The notes under the pieces: model-generated | Told to the model about the DNA's origin: nothing | Database searches by the model: none | Seen by the model: only the letters and a program-made list of their open reading frames with translations | Shown: positions 20,096 through 30,955 of the stretch, in pieces | Layout: every line of letters starts with the position of its first letter | How positions within the stretch are numbered: the first letter of the stretch is position 1 | Origin: an uncultured Acidimicrobiaceae bacterium | Lineage (GTDB): Bacteria; Actinomycetota; Acidimicrobiia; Acidimicrobiales; Bog-793 | Assembly (NCBI GenBank): GCA_963807575.1 | Contig: CAWECD010000013.1 | Coordinates: forward strand, 21,703 to 85,702 | Direction: 5' to 3' | Length of the DNA stretch: 64,000 nucleotides | Position numbers and translations under genes: made by a program

Positions 20096-21666
20096 AGCGG
20101 CACGTTCCCGTGTTTGCGTTTGGGTATCTCCTCCCGCTTGGAGGCGAGCAGCCGAAGGGCCCGCACCAGGACGCGACGGGTGTCGGCCGGGTCGATCACA
20201 GCGTCGACGTAGCCCCGTTCCGCCGCGACATAGGGGTTCGCGTAGCGCTCGATGTAATCCTCGACAAGCTCGGCGCGGCGGCCGGCAGGGTCGGGCGAGT
20301 CAACGAGCTCACGCCGGTAGACGATCTCGACGGCACCTTGCGGGCCCATGACCGCGAGTTCGGCCGATGGCCACGCGTAAGCGAAGTCAGTACCGATGGA
20401 CTTGGAGTCCATGACGATGTACGCACCACCGTAGGCCTTGCGAATGAGCACTTGCACCCGGGGTACGGTTGCCTCGCAGTAGGCGTAGAGAAGCTTGGCA
20501 CCATGGCGGATGATGCCCCCGTACTCCTGGTCGGTTCCGGGCATGAAGCCCGGGACGTCGACGAAAGTGACCAGCGGGATGTTGAAGGCGTCACACGTCC
20601 GCACAAACCGGGCGCCCTTCTCCGACGAGGCGATGTCCAGCACGCCCGCGAGCACGCTCGGCTCGTTGCCCACGATCCCGACGGCGCGTCCCCCGATCCG
20701 GGCGAAGCCGCATGTCAGGTTCATCGCCCAACGCGGGAAGTACTCGAGGTACTCGCCTCCGTCGACGACCGCTCTGATCACCCGCCTCATGTCATAGGGC
20801 TGGTTCGGGCTGTCCGGGACCATGTCGCGAAGCTCGATGACCTGCGCGTCCAGGTCCTCGGGCTCTTCGAGGTCGGGCGGCGCCTCGAGATTGTTCAAAG
20901 GAAGGAAAGACAGCAGATAGCGGACCTCGTCGAGGCAGGCCTTCTCGTCGGGGGCGACGAAAGTGGCGACACCCGAGCGCGTCGCGTGGCTCACAGCTCC
21001 CCCGAGCTGCTCGAGGGTCACGTCCTCACCGGTGACGGTCTTCACGACATCGGGCCCGGTGATGAACATGTGGCTCGTCTCGTGCACCATGAAGATGAAG
21101 TCCGTGATCGCCGGGGAGTAGACGGCGCCTCCGGCACACGGGCCGAGGATGACGCTTATCTGGGGCACCACCCCGGAAGCGCGCACATTACGGGAGAAGA
21201 TCCCGCCATAGCTGTGAAGCGAGACGACGCCCTCCTGGATGCGTGCCCCGCCCGAGTCCTCGAGGCCGATGATCGGCACCCCCACAGATAGCGCAAGGTC
21301 CATGACCTTGTGGATCTTCTCGGCGTGCGCTTCACCGAGCGCCCCGCCGAAAACGGTGAAATCCTGGCTGAACACGCACATGCGCCGACCGTCGATCGTC
21401 CCGAAGCCCGTGACGACCCCGTCGGTGTAAGGGTGGGAACGCTCGAGGCCCATGCCATGGGACCGGTGCCGGACGAGCAGGTCCATCTCCTGGAACGAGC
21501 CCTCGTCGAGCAGGTAGTCGATCCGCTCACGGGCGGTCATCTTGCCCTTGGCCTTGTGCGCCTTGACCGAGCGCTGTGACCCGGCGTTGATCGCCTCCAC
21601 CTGCCTGGCCTCGAGCGCGGCAAGCCGGGCGCCCATTGAACGATCGGCCATGGGGTGCTCCGCCAT
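20092..21666 (-). CDS. pccB: acyl-CoA (propionyl-CoA) carboxylase beta subunit
   Basis: GKMTARER, DSGGARIQEG, GPCAGGAVY and KHGNVPL motifs. Confidence 0.92.
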   Translation of the reverse strand: MAEHPMADRSMGARLAALEARQVEAINAGSQRSVKAHKAKGKMTARERIDYLLDEGSFQEMDLLVRHRSHGMGLERSHPYTDGVVTGFGTIDGRRMCVFSQDFTVFGGALGEAHAEKIHKVMDLALSVGVPIIGLEDSGGARIQEGVVSLHSYGGIFSRNVRASGVVPQISVILGPCAGGAVYSPAITDFIFMVHETSHMFITGPDVVKTVTGEDVTLEQLGGAVSHATRSGVATFVAPDEKACLDEVRYLLSFLPLNNLEAPPDLEEPEDLDAQVIELRDMVPDSPNQPYDMRRVIRAVVDGGEYLEYFPRWAMNLTCGFARIGGRAVGIVGNEPSVLAGVLDIASSEKGARFVRTCDAFNIPLVTFVDVPGFMPGTDQEYGGIIRHGAKLLYAYCEATVPRVQVLIRKAYGGAYIVMDSKSIGTDFAYAWPSAELAVMGPQGAVEIVYRRELVDSPDPAGRRAELVEDYIERYANPYVAAERGYVDAVIDPADTRRVLVRALRLLASKREEIPKRKHGNVPL

Positions 21667-21795
21667 GGCGCGACAGGCTACCGGCCGCAGAGGATGCTGA
21701 GAACGTTTCGCCGCGAGCAACCGCGAGAGACCGACGGGCCGCGGGACACCGGTGGGTGGCGGGCACCGGTCTGCCGCGCGCCATACGCTGCGAGC

Positions 21796-22386
21796 GTGAG
21801 TGACGACGACCTGTTGCGCCGGCTGCGCACGGGCGATGAGTCTGCCTTCGCGGAGCTGGTCGACACCTACCACTCGTCAATGGTCCGCCTGGCACAGACA
21901 TTCGTCTCGAGCCGGGCAGTCGCCGAAGAAGTCACACAGGACACCTGGCTCGCCGTGGTGAAGGGCATCGACCGCTTCGAGGGCCGGTCGTCACTCAAGA
22001 CCTGGGTCTTCCGCATCCTCGCGAACAGGGCGCGGTCGACCGGCGCGCGCGAGCAACGCACGACACCGGTGGACCTATCCGATGAATCGACCGTGGACAG
22101 GCGGCGCTTTGACACCGGAGGGGCCTGGGCGGATCCGCCGGCGCACTGGTCTGACGAGATCGTCGACCGGCTCTCGAGCGGGCCCCTCGTCGCCGAGGTG
22201 CGAGCCGCCCTCGCCGAACTGCCCGAGAGCCAGCGTGCCGTCGTAACACTTCGCGACTTGGAGGGACTGTCCAGCAAGGAAGTATGTGAAGTGCTCGAGA
22301 TCAGCGAAGCCAACCAGCGGGTACTCCTGCACCGCGGCCGCAGCCGGATACGTGCCCGTCTCGAAGACGACTTGGTGAAGCGATGA
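21796..22386 (+). CDS. ECF RNA polymerase sigma factor
   Basis: AEEVTQDTW, FEGRSSLKTW and NQRVLLHRGR motifs. Confidence 0.9.
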   Translation: MSDDDLLRRLRTGDESAFAELVDTYHSSMVRLAQTFVSSRAVAEEVTQDTWLAVVKGIDRFEGRSSLKTWVFRILANRARSTGAREQRTTPVDLSDESTVDRRRFDTGGAWADPPAHWSDEIVDRLSSGPLVAEVRAALAELPESQRAVVTLRDLEGLSSKEVCEVLEISEANQRVLLHRGRSRIRARLEDDLVKR

Positions 22387-22658
22387 GGCTACCCACGCTC
22401 CACAGGGACATCGTCTGCCGGCAGGCGGTCGAGCTCGTGACCGACTATCTGGAGGGCGCGCTGTCGCGGCGCGACACCCGACGGTTCGAGGCGCACCTTG
22501 AAGCCTGCGATGGCTGCGAGGAGTACCTGCGACAGGTCCGAGCGACGATCAGAGTCCTTGGGAGCGTGCAGCCCGATGATCTCGCGCCGGAGACCCGCGA
22601 CGGCCTGATCGAGCTCTACCGCCAGTTCCTGGAGGATGGGGCTCCCGGAGCGCGATAG
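22383..22658 (+). CDS. small zf-HC2 anti-sigma factor
   Basis: C...VELVTDYLEG...HLEACDGC; overlaps the sigma stop. Confidence 0.87.
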   Translation: MRLPTLHRDIVCRQAVELVTDYLEGALSRRDTRRFEAHLEACDGCEEYLRQVRATIRVLGSVQPDDLAPETRDGLIELYRQFLEDGAPGAR

Positions 22659-22667
22659 CCCGTCCGG

Positions 22668-23066
22668 CTACTCCTGAACCAGCTCGATGAGGGCTCCGAA
22701 GGCGCCGCGAGGATGCACGAAGGCCACCGTGGTGCCGCGCGATCCGGGTCTCGGCTTCTCGTCGATGAGCTGGACGCCGGCGGCTCGCAGCCTCTCCAGT
22801 GCCGCGGCACAATCGGCCACCCGGTAGCCGACGTGGTGGATGCCCTGGCCTCTTCGTTGGAGGAACCTCGCAACCGGGGAGCTGGCGGTGGTGGGGCTGA
22901 GCAGCTGGATGAACGACTCGGCGACTTCCAGCAGTGCCTCCTCGACTCCGTCGTGATCGATCCGCTCGCGATGGGCGACCCGGGCGCCGAGCACAGACTC
23001 GTACCAGGCCACCGCCGTGTCGAGATCGCGCACAGCGATGGCGACGTGGTCGATCTCGGTCATCAT
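22668..23066 (-). CDS. mce: methylmalonyl-CoA epimerase
   Basis: IDHVAIAV, GIHHVGY, FVHP...LIELV; near pccB. Confidence 0.9.
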   Translation of the reverse strand: MMTEIDHVAIAVRDLDTAVAWYESVLGARVAHRERIDHDGVEEALLEVAESFIQLLSPTTASSPVARFLQRRGQGIHHVGYRVADCAAALERLRAAGVQLIDEKPRPGSRGTTVAFVHPRGAFGALIELVQE

Positions 23067-23224
23067 CGGGGGCTCTGATCGATTGCCGTCCACTGGCCCA
23101 GCCTCCTGAAAACGGTGATCCTGTCAAGGTGTTCCGGCCGGCGGTGCTGGTGGCCTGCGCGTTGCCGGTAGCCAGGGCGCCTCTGCCCTGCTCGAGGCGG
23201 CCCACGGTGAGGCGGGAGCAGACC

Positions 23225-23824
23225 TCAGCCGCTGACCTCCCGGCGGCCCTCGAGGGCGCGCCCGAGCGTTAGCTCGTCGGCATACTCAAGGTCTCCGCCG
23301 ACAGGTAGCCCGCTGGCTATGCGTGTCACTTTCACCCCGAGCGGCAACAACAGCCGCGCGAGGTACATCGCCGTCGCCTCTCCCTCGAGATTGGGGTTCG
23401 TGCACAAGATCACCTCGGCTACGCCCTCGGGGCCGAGCCTCACCAGGAGGGGCCGCACGCGCAACTGCTCGGGGCCGACTCCGTCGATCGGGCTCAGCGC
23501 TCCCCCGAGCACGTGGTAAGTACCGCGGAACTCCCGAGTTCGCTCGACGGCCACAATGTCCCGCGGGTCCTCGACGACGCAGATGATGCTGCGGTCGCGG
23601 CGTGGATCGGAGCAGATGGTGCACAGCTCGGTCTCCGCGACGTTGAAACATCGGTCGCAGAGCCGAATACGGTCCTTCACCTCGACAATGGCCTGCGCTA
23701 GGCGGAGGGCGCTGTCCCTGTCCGCCTCGAGCACGTAGAACGCGATGCGCTGAGCAGAGCGCGGCCCGACGCCAGGCAGGCGCCCGAGCTCGTCGACCAG
23801 CTCTTGAATGGGCCCGGCGAACAC
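23225..23824 (-). CDS. recR: recombination protein RecR
   Basis: [12 protein letters not shown]4 zinc finger, [15 protein letters not shown] and GGDLEYADE motifs; GTG start gives 199 aa. Confidence 0.95.
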   Translation of the reverse strand: MFAGPIQELVDELGRLPGVGPRSAQRIAFYVLEADRDSALRLAQAIVEVKDRIRLCDRCFNVAETELCTICSDPRRDRSIICVVEDPRDIVAVERTREFRGTYHVLGGALSPIDGVGPEQLRVRPLLVRLGPEGVAEVILCTNPNLEGEATAMYLARLLLPLGVKVTRIASGLPVGGDLEYADELTLGRALEGRREVSG

Positions 23825-23831
23825 TGGACGG

Positions 23832-24400
23832 TCAGGCCTGCGGATCGTCGGCGACTGAGCCGGCGACCTGGTCTTCGGCGTCGTCTTCCACAACCTCGTC
23901 GTCGGCGCCTTCGCCGTCGTCTTCTTTTTGTCGTCTTCGTCTTCGCCGAGCGCGCCAAGCCCGGCGAAGGTGCCGAGATCCAAGCCCGTGCCAAGGTTCC
24001 CCATCAGCCCCTGGAGATCGACTCCGGCCAGCAGACCGCCGAGGTCGAGATCGTTGACGAGGCCACCGAAGTCGAGCCCACCCGCGAGACCAGGATCACC
24101 CGGCACCTGCACCGATGTCCTGAGCTCGGTGATCCTGTCGAGCGCATCTTGAAGCGCGGCGAGCACGGCATCCTCGAGAAACGTCGGGTCCGCTGGATCG
24201 ACGACCGAAGGGTCGATGTGCACGGACTCGACCTCGAGCGATCCGGTCAGCCGTATCACGACGGCACCGCCGGCGACGTGGCCCTCGACGATGGTCGCCT
24301 CCACCGCCTCGGCTTGTGCCTCGAGGTCGGCCCGAGCTTCCTGCAACCGGGAGAACAAGTCACCCAGCCCCCCGATCGGAGACGAGTCGCCCTCGCCCAT
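23832..24400 (-). CDS. ybaB: YbaB/EbfC nucleoid-associated protein with an apparent frameshift at an A5 run (23925-23929)
   Basis: [10 protein letters not shown]...IDPSVVDP...LEDAVLAA; lies between dnaX and recR; the acidic tail continues only in the -1 frame, to TGA at 23832. Confidence 0.8.
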
Positions 24401-24401
24401 G

Positions 24402-26468
24402 TCAGACCTCCTCTGCGCCGGGAAATGCCTCCATGAGCCGGTCCTGCGCCCACGACAGCGTGTCCCCGGCAACACTTTCGCCACCTGGATCGAGATCATC
24501 GGGGTCGAGCATCTCATCGTCGGCGCCGTCTCGATCATGGCCTGCCGGCACATTGTCAGCGGGCGCAGCTCGGCCCGGGCTACCCGGAGCCACAGCAGAG
24601 CCCCGATGCGTTCCTCCGGCCGCGGGGTCCGGGGCTTCACCTCGCGTGCGAGCCGCAGGCGGGGACGTCGGCAATGTCTCGCCGTAGGCGTCTCCCCTCG
24701 CTTGTGAAGTTCCCCGGGGTCCACTGGAGGTCGAGGCGGGCGTCGAGTGCCCGGCCCCGAGGCCGGTCTCGGCGATGAGCCGCAGCTGAACAGAGCGGCC
24801 AAAGTAGCGACTGAGCGCTTGTGCGACCTCCTCGGAGTCAAAGCTTGCGCGCTCGACGTGGGCAGAGTTCGGCAAGGCGAGAATGGCCGTCGCGCCCTCG
24901 GTGGCGAGGAACCGGCCCACGGCGAACACGGCGCGAACCCGGGGGCGCAGCTGGCTCAACACGTGGTCACCCCACGCAGCGACGAGCTCATCCCGGGTAG
25001 GGGGAGGCAGGGCGCTGTCCGGCGACGGCTCAGCCGTGGCATCCGCGCTCATCGCTGGCGCCGGGGAAACAGAGGTGGCGCCAACCGGGCTCGGTGGTGA
25101 TGGCGAGGCGGCAGGCGGCCGAGAAGAGCCCGGCCCGTCCACACCGGCTGAGGGGACGCCGGCTGGTGCGATGCCGGCGCTGAAGGCGCCGAGCGCCGGT
25201 TGCGATCCGATCTCGGCGTGAGCTCCAGGAAGCGGCTCACGCGGCTGACCGGTTTGAGCGTCTGCCAGAGTTCGCCCCACGATTGGTACGGCAGGAGGTG
25301 GCGGAGGCGAGGCAGGGCCGACCGGCGGCACCAGGTTCTGGATCCGGCGTTCGAGCCGTTCGATCCTCTCGAGCAAGGCGCTCGAGTCGTCGTCGGTCTC
25401 TGGGTGGGTGAGTCGAACGATAGCGACCTCGAGCGTGATCCGGCTGTCGAGCGCGTCCCGCATCGCCACAAGTGCCGCTCCCAGCACCTCCATGGCGCGG
25501 ACGCTCCGAGCGGGCCCGAGCAGGAAACCCTGCCTCCCGCGCGACACTGCCGGTGGGGAGGCCTGCGACCCCTGCAACGCCGGTGGCTCACCCTCCCGTG
25601 GCAAACCGGGCGCCACGGCTTCGAGGAACTGGCCTCGCAGCTCCTCGAGGAGCTCGGCAGCGATCCGCGGCGCATCACGGCCCGAGACGAGCGCGCGCTG
25701 GACGACCTCCAGAGCACGGGCTGTGTCACGCTCCGCCAGCGCGACGACCAGCTCGTGAAGCAATGACGTGTCGTCATCCACGACACCTGACGCCACCACC
25801 TGGTCGAGCGCGGAGATGGCGTCACGCGCCGACCCTCGGCCGCGGCGGACAGCGGATTCCACCGCGGAGTCGGGCAGCTCGAGCTGGGCGTCTCTCGCGA
25901 TGTCGGTGAGCAGCAGTGCGAGCACGTCCGAGTCGAGCAGATGGAACTCGTAGTGCTGCGTGCGGCTGCGAATCGTGGGGAGGACCTTTTGAGGATCGGT
26001 TGTCGCAAGGACGAACACGACGTGTTCCGGGGGCTCCTCCAGCGTCTTAAGCAGCGCGTTCGAAGCGGACTGCGAGAGCATGTGGACCTCGTCGACGATG
26101 TACACCTTCCAGCGACCGGGCGTGGCGAGGGAGGCCCTTGCGACAAGGTCTCGCATGGCATCAACCCCGTTGTTGGACGCCGCGTCGAGCTCGTGGACGT
26201 CGAAGGAGGCGCCCCTGGTGATGTCCAGGCAGGAGTCGCACACACCGCACGGCTCACCGTCGAGGGGGCTCGCGCAGTTCAGCGCCTTCGCGAGGATCCT
26301 CGCCGTCGAGGTCTTGCCTGTCCCGCGCGGTCCCGAGAAGAGGTACGCGTGCGCGACGCGGTCGTCCCGCACCGCATGACCTAGTGCCTTGACAATGTGG
26401 TCCTGGCCGCGGACCTCGGCAAAACGCTGCGGGCGGTAGCGCCGGTAGAGCGACTGGTAATCGACCAT
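24402..26468 (-). CDS. dnaX: DNA polymerase III subunit gamma/tau
   Basis: [33 protein letters not shown] and TIRSR motifs. Confidence 0.96.
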   Translation of the reverse strand: MVDYQSLYRRYRPQRFAEVRGQDHIVKALGHAVRDDRVAHAYLFSGPRGTGKTSTARILAKALNCASPLDGEPCGVCDSCLDITRGASFDVHELDAASNNGVDAMRDLVARASLATPGRWKVYIVDEVHMLSQSASNALLKTLEEPPEHVVFVLATTDPQKVLPTIRSRTQHYEFHLLDSDVLALLLTDIARDAQLELPDSAVESAVRRGRGSARDAISALDQVVASGVVDDDTSLLHELVVALAERDTARALEVVQRALVSGRDAPRIAAELLEELRGQFLEAVAPGLPREGEPPALQGSQASPPAVSRGRQGFLLGPARSVRAMEVLGAALVAMRDALDSRITLEVAIVRLTHPETDDDSSALLERIERLERRIQNLVPPVGPASPPPPPAVPIVGRTLADAQTGQPREPLPGAHAEIGSQPALGAFSAGIAPAGVPSAGVDGPGSSRPPAASPSPPSPVGATSVSPAPAMSADATAEPSPDSALPPPTRDELVAAWGDHVLSQLRPRVRAVFAVGRFLATEGATAILALPNSAHVERASFDSEEVAQALSRYFGRSVQLRLIAETGLGAGHSTPASTSSGPRGTSQARGDAYGETLPTSPPAARTRGEAPDPAAGGTHRGSAVAPGSPGRAAPADNVPAGHDRDGADDEMLDPDDLDPGGESVAGDTLSWAQDRLMEAFPGAEEV

Positions 26469-26695
26469 TGCTGCGAGCCTACGACTTGGCGAACGCCACT
26501 GACCGCGGCGGGCCGCCGTGTGGGCGGCCCGCCCTGCCAGCAAGAAGAACCGATCGGCGGGGCGCCGTCACCCACCTCCGGAGACCTCGACGGGGCGTAC
26601 TGGCCTCAGCACGACCGGACCCCACCTGTGCATCGCCGCGCGCCCATACTCGACATGGGAACTCACAGGTAGCCGAAAACGGGCCCCCGTTGCCG

Positions 26696-26715
26696 AAAAA
26701 GAGCCCTTTTGGCTC
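26696..26715 (-). terminator. intrinsic terminator downstream of SRP RNA
   Basis: Minus strand GAGCC-AAAAG-GGCTC hairpin followed by TTTTT. Confidence 0.55.
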
Positions 26716-26850
26716 CGGCGCTGCCGTGCGCAGCAGCCAGGTCCCCTGCGGCACACAGGCGAATCCGCTGAGAGCTGCTGCCTTCCGGCCCTGACTCGAT
26801 TCACGGTCGCCCGTTGCGCAGAACCCGGCTACTGCGCGCGACAGCGCCAG
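26715..26850 (-). ncRNA. ffs: signal recognition particle RNA
   Basis: TCAGGGCCGGAAGGCAGCA domain-IV motif in a long hairpin; canonical position upstream of dnaX; core 26736-26829, outer helix extends to the given ends. Confidence 0.9.
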
Positions 26851-26881
26851 TAAGTGCAACGATAGCGGCCTGAGGCTTCTT

Positions 26882-26966
26882 GGAGGAGTGCGAGAGCGGC
26901 CGAATCGGCACGATTGGAAATCGTGTGACCTGCAAGGGTCCGTGGGTTCAAATCCCACCTCCTCCG
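26882..26966 (+). tRNA. tRNA-Ser(GGA)
   Basis: GGAGGAG/CTCCTCC acceptor stem, CACGA-TTGGAAA-TCGTG anticodon arm, variable arm, GGTTCAAATCC T arm. Confidence 0.96.
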
Positions 26967-27036
26967 CTGAAGAGTCCCTGTTCATGGGCTTGTATTTGCC
27001 GCATTTAAGCCTCGCGGCCGAGCCGCAGAAGCGTTT

Positions 27037-27059
27037 TGACCACCAAAGTGACCAGCAAA
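27037..27059 (+). repeat. putative integrase arm-type site pair TGACCACCAAA-G-TGACCAGCAAA
   Basis: Tandem 11-mers ~70 bp inside the left att; matched at 39688. Confidence 0.65.
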
Positions 27060-27699
27060 CTTTGCCGGCAGCGCCGCGACGGCCCTCTGCCCCAACGGTC
27101 GTCGTACGCGGCGGCGGAAGGGTCGCCGTCTCCTACCCAAGAGTCCGTGATCATTCGCTCCTAGTTGCTTGAACTGTGCCACATTGCCTTAACGATCACG
27201 GTTCCCACTTCGCCGGAGCCCACGCCGGGCGTGGTCTGCAGACGAACATGCTCGGCGCCCGCGCTCCCCTCAAGTACGCCGTGGGCGTAGGCAAACCGGA
27301 CTCACTGTGCCGCCGTCGACAAAGAGAAGCTACTCCTGCGCCCGAGAGCGCTTCTTGGGATTGGGCCATCGTAGGTCTCCTGGACGGCCGTGCCTCTCAG
27401 CACGACAGGCCAACTGGCTCTCGGCACATCAACCCAAAGAGTTCGAATCAGGGGCGAGGCGGCCCTTCACTGCCCGGTGGCACCGCGGCGCTTCCCGCAC
27501 GAGATGCCCCGGTCGTCGCCGGACCGGCGGGCCGGCCCTACTCGAGAAGCAAGGCGAGCACGGGTGCAGGCAGCGCCCACGCCGGATGCGTCAGGTCGAG
27601 CACGGTCCGGGTGGCTACGACGCCACCGGCGAACTTGGCCCCGATCGCTTTGGCCTCGGACCGCCAACCTGACGAAGCCCTATGTGGAAAGCCACATAG

Positions 27700-27940
27700 C
27701 AGCTCGTCACCGGGCTCCACGGGCGGGCGCCAGATGACGACCTCTCCCCGGCGCACCTCCTCTGTAAAGCGGGCCCGCACATAGCGCCGAAGGCTCGCCA
27801 CGCTCACTTCCAGCCCGGCCTCATCGGCGAGGCGCTGGTGGATCACCGACACCGGCACGACGCCGACGAGATCGGCGATGTACTCATGGTGCTTGGTGAT
27901 GTCGCCCCAGGTGGGCCGGACGAGCCTGGTGTCGTAGAAC
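27700..27940 (-). pseudogene. IS21-family transposase fragment
   Basis: ...SVIHQRLADEAGLEVSVASLRRYVR...RPPVEPGDE resembles the IstA region before the DDE core; truncated at both ends. Confidence 0.7.
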
Positions 27941-28137
27941 GTATGTACGTTGAGTATCGTTGACTTATTGCTCAGCAGTTCCTCGCCCTAGGCCCGCGGC
28001 TCCGAGGCCAGATCTCCGGGCGCCGACAGACCGATCTGCTGGCCGGAAGTGGAGCAGAACTAGGCCGATTGGCCGCCCCGAACAGATGGTTATTTTGCCC
28101 GTCGTGACTGCCGATTCGTGGTTCGGTCCGCGCTATC

Positions 28138-28797
28138 TCACCGTCCGAATGCCCACGCCACCATGAGGGGGAACTCTTCTCGCCAGAACGCGTCGCCGTG
28201 CGATCCGTCTCGCACGGTCATCGCGACGTCCCCACCGGCATCGCGCAGCGCGTCCGCCCAACGGGTGGCGTTCTTGCGAAAGAACGGCTCCCGCGTGCCG
28301 GCGACGAGGTAGGTGCGCGGAAGTGGGCTCGGCATCACGGCCGGCGGTACGTAACCGCCGCCTGGCGAGGCGCAGAAGACCACGCCGTAGAGGTCCGGAT
28401 GCCGAAGCCCCATTGCGAGCGAGAGCTCGCCACTCGCGGAGACGCCGCACACCGCCGTGCGCTCGGCGGGCAGCGTCACGCCGAAACGCGAGCCCGCCCA
28501 CCGGCGGACATCGCCCACGAAGAACTTCTCATGTGCCGCGAACCGTTGCGGGTCGGCCCAGTCAAGGTCGGTGTTGTCCACGTACTCCTGAAGCCGGAGC
28601 CTCTCATCGGCCAGACGGTGTGCACCGACGATCATCGTCGGTGGCCCGGCGGCCACCTCGAGGTCTCCGCCCCATTTCGAGATCAGCTGACCGTCACCGG
28701 CAAAGACGACTGCTTCGGGTGGATCGGGGGGCACGTACACGGTGACGTCGCGACCACCGTCGTAGTCGAAGGTCTCGATGACGAGCTCTCCCGCCAT
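28138..28797 (-). CDS. putative esterase (alpha/beta hydrolase)
   Basis: RDVTVYVP, GVSASG nucleophile elbow, C-terminal His (GSHG...W). Confidence 0.8.
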   Translation of the reverse strand: MAGELVIETFDYDGGRDVTVYVPPDPPEAVVFAGDGQLISKWGGDLEVAAGPPTMIVGAHRLADERLRLQEYVDNTDLDWADPQRFAAHEKFFVGDVRRWAGSRFGVTLPAERTAVCGVSASGELSLAMGLRHPDLYGVVFCASPGGGYVPPAVMPSPLPRTYLVAGTREPFFRKNATRWADALRDAGGDVAMTVRDGSHGDAFWREEFPLMVAWAFGR

Positions 28798-28886
28798 GGA
28801 CGACGTCGTCACCAGCCGCCTTGCCAGCAATGGCCTAATGAGCGCGGCCGAGGTCGTGAGCAGCAAGATCGCATTGATGTGGCCGA

Positions 28887-29315
28887 TCAGTGGCCCGACT
28901 CATGGGCGTCGCGGATGTCGCAAAGAGTGACGAGGCCGCGCCGCAGTGACGTCACCCCATCGACACCCAGGTGTTCAGTGAGCTCTGCGTCGACATCACC
29001 GATCGCAGACGCGATCGCGGCGCCCACTCGTCGACCGAGGTCGGTTGCCACCCATGCTTCAGCGTTCAGCCGCATTAGGCCCAGGCGGCTGAGCTCATCG
29101 AGCAGCTGCTGCTGGCGCTCGCCTGGTGCGACCTGCTGGATCACAACGTCCGGCTGTAGGTTGCGGTTCGCAAGCGCGGCTACCACCAGCACGCCGCCGC
29201 GTGGCAGCGGCGGACAGCCCGCCTCGGCCAGGGCGTGCGTTATCGCATGGGCATAGGCACCCTGCGAGGCTCGTAGAAGTGAGGGAATCGGTATCTCGTC
29301 GGCCGTTCCAGGCAT
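28887..29315 (-). CDS. MarR-like winged-helix protein
   Basis: QQLLDELSRLGL...TDLGRR pattern; helical 142-aa ORF. Confidence 0.6.
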   Translation of the reverse strand: MPGTADEIPIPSLLRASQGAYAHAITHALAEAGCPPLPRGGVLVVAALANRNLQPDVVIQQVAPGERQQQLLDELSRLGLMRLNAEAWVATDLGRRVGAAIASAIGDVDAELTEHLGVDGVTSLRRGLVTLCDIRDAHESGH

Positions 29316-29538
29316 ATCGCGAGCCTAGGCGGGCCAGCCCCACCAGGTGCTACAGGCGCGCTGTCGCCTGCACGCCGAAGATTCCATCTGAGCGGAGCCG
29401 TGGGGAGCCCTTCGTGCCGTCTAGGTGGATTGTCCATCAGACGGCTCGGCGTCCGCGATATCGCCGATTTTGGCGCACACGCAACGCATCGCGCCTGCGC
29501 CCGACCTCCGGCGCAGATTTGGCAATACTGCGACTTTC

Positions 29539-30180
29539 CTACTGGCGGAGGGGCTCGAAGCTCAGTTGGCCAGCGCCCAGGCCCAGGGCCCACTCGACCC
29601 CCTCAAATTGGGTGCGCATAAACATCCCAGCGACCTCGGCCGGGCTGCCGCGCACACGGCGGTTGAGCCAGGCCTCGACTGTGGACGACAGGGCGCCGGA
29701 GAAGGTGGCGCTGACAAAGCTGACCGGGACGGGTGGAGCGGTGCCAAACCGCCTGCTCAGCTCGGCCAACGCCGCTGTCACAATTTCTTGTAACGCTGCG
29801 GTGAACGCTGCCCGGGCCTCCGAGCCCGCGGCGCCGCTTAGCGCGGCGCGGTAGAGGTCGGCGTGCTCTTTGGCATGACGAAGCACTTCGGCCACCGCCG
29901 CTCCTGAATAGATGGGCTCCTCGAGCGGGATGAGCCCCTTGACCCGCAGCGCAAGCTCGTCGAACAGTTGCTCGTAAGCCTCGCGTAACAGTGCTGCTTT
30001 GTCCTGGTAGTGGGCGTAGAAGGTGGCCCGCGTAACATCGGCCGCCTCGGCGATCTCATCGACAGTCACAACGTCGAAGGACTTGGTGGCGATGACTTTG
30101 AGCAGCGCTTGCTGGAGCGCGGCCCGGGACTTGCGCTGGCGACGGTCTAAGCGCCGCACGTCCGACTTTTCAGGGGTCAT
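29539..30180 (-). CDS. TetR/AcrR-family regulator
   Basis: DRRQRKSR...VTVDEIAEAADVTRATFYAHYQDK HTH. Confidence 0.92.
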   Translation of the reverse strand: MTPEKSDVRRLDRRQRKSRAALQQALLKVIATKSFDVVTVDEIAEAADVTRATFYAHYQDKAALLREAYEQLFDELALRVKGLIPLEEPIYSGAAVAEVLRHAKEHADLYRAALSGAAGSEARAAFTAALQEIVTAALAELSRRFGTAPPVPVSFVSATFSGALSSTVEAWLNRRVRGSPAEVAGMFMRTQFEGVEWALGLGAGQLSFEPLRQ

Positions 30181-30264
30181 GTGCAATAGTGTACATCACG
30201 TTGGTATATGTACGCAATGTATGATAGCATCCTGTACGTTAAGTACGTTGTCCAGGGAGAGGCA

Positions 30265-30798
30265 GTGGTAGTGGGTGGGTGGTCTTGGGCGAATGATGCC
30301 CAGTTGGTCGTCGCTGGAGGGAGCCTCATGCTGGCCCTGCAGCAAGGCGTTGTCTGGCGCTGGGAAGGACGAAAGTCGACCGCTGGCACGGTCATCCTGG
30401 CCGCGCTAGCCACCACAGCGGTTTCGGTCGCCAATTTTGTGACCCTGGACAGCTTGTCCTCCCCGCTGAGCGCAGACCCGTGGCTCTTCGCTCGCTGGGT
30501 CGCTGTGTGCCTGCTCGCCCTGACGATGTTCCCCCTGGCCGGCAGCCTCATAGGCCAACGGCCACCAACATGGCTGTTGGCGGCTGCTGTGCTCGTCATT
30601 GGCGCGGGCTTGGCCCTCTGGCCAAGCTCGGACCTCATCTACCGGCACCGCTTCCTCCACGGACTGCCCTCGTTCGGGCCGCTGAACTTGCCGGTCGAAA
30701 TGACGGTCATCACCCTGGTCTTCGGCTACCTGTGCTCGGTCGCCTGGCGCGCCCCCTTGGAGCCCGAGCGGCTGATCCTGAGCTTCGGCATCCTCGGC
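30265..30798 (+). pseudogene. N-terminal multi-TM part of a GGDEF/EAL gene interrupted by IS21
   Basis: Hydrophobic ORF ending SFGILG at the target duplication; rejoins 33505 in frame. Confidence 0.8.
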
Positions 30799-30955
30799 TG
30801 CGGATTCCGAGCCATTCCGTACACCCGTTCCGATCGAATCCGTACATCGCTTCCGACGTTTTCGTACACCCGGTGAGGAGCTCGTCGCGCACGCTGGCGT
30901 GAGCTAGGGCCTGCTCGGCAGGCTCCTCGGACAAGTCCCGTCCGAGGAGCAGCCG

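Noticed and set aside
23225-24841. 538-aa single ORF in the track
   Set aside because: The first ~147 codons overlap dnaX in another frame; the rest is ybaB joined to recR by the apparent frameshift.
24402-26468. Programmed gamma/tau frameshift within dnaX
   Set aside because: No A-rich slippery run was seen in the coding strand.
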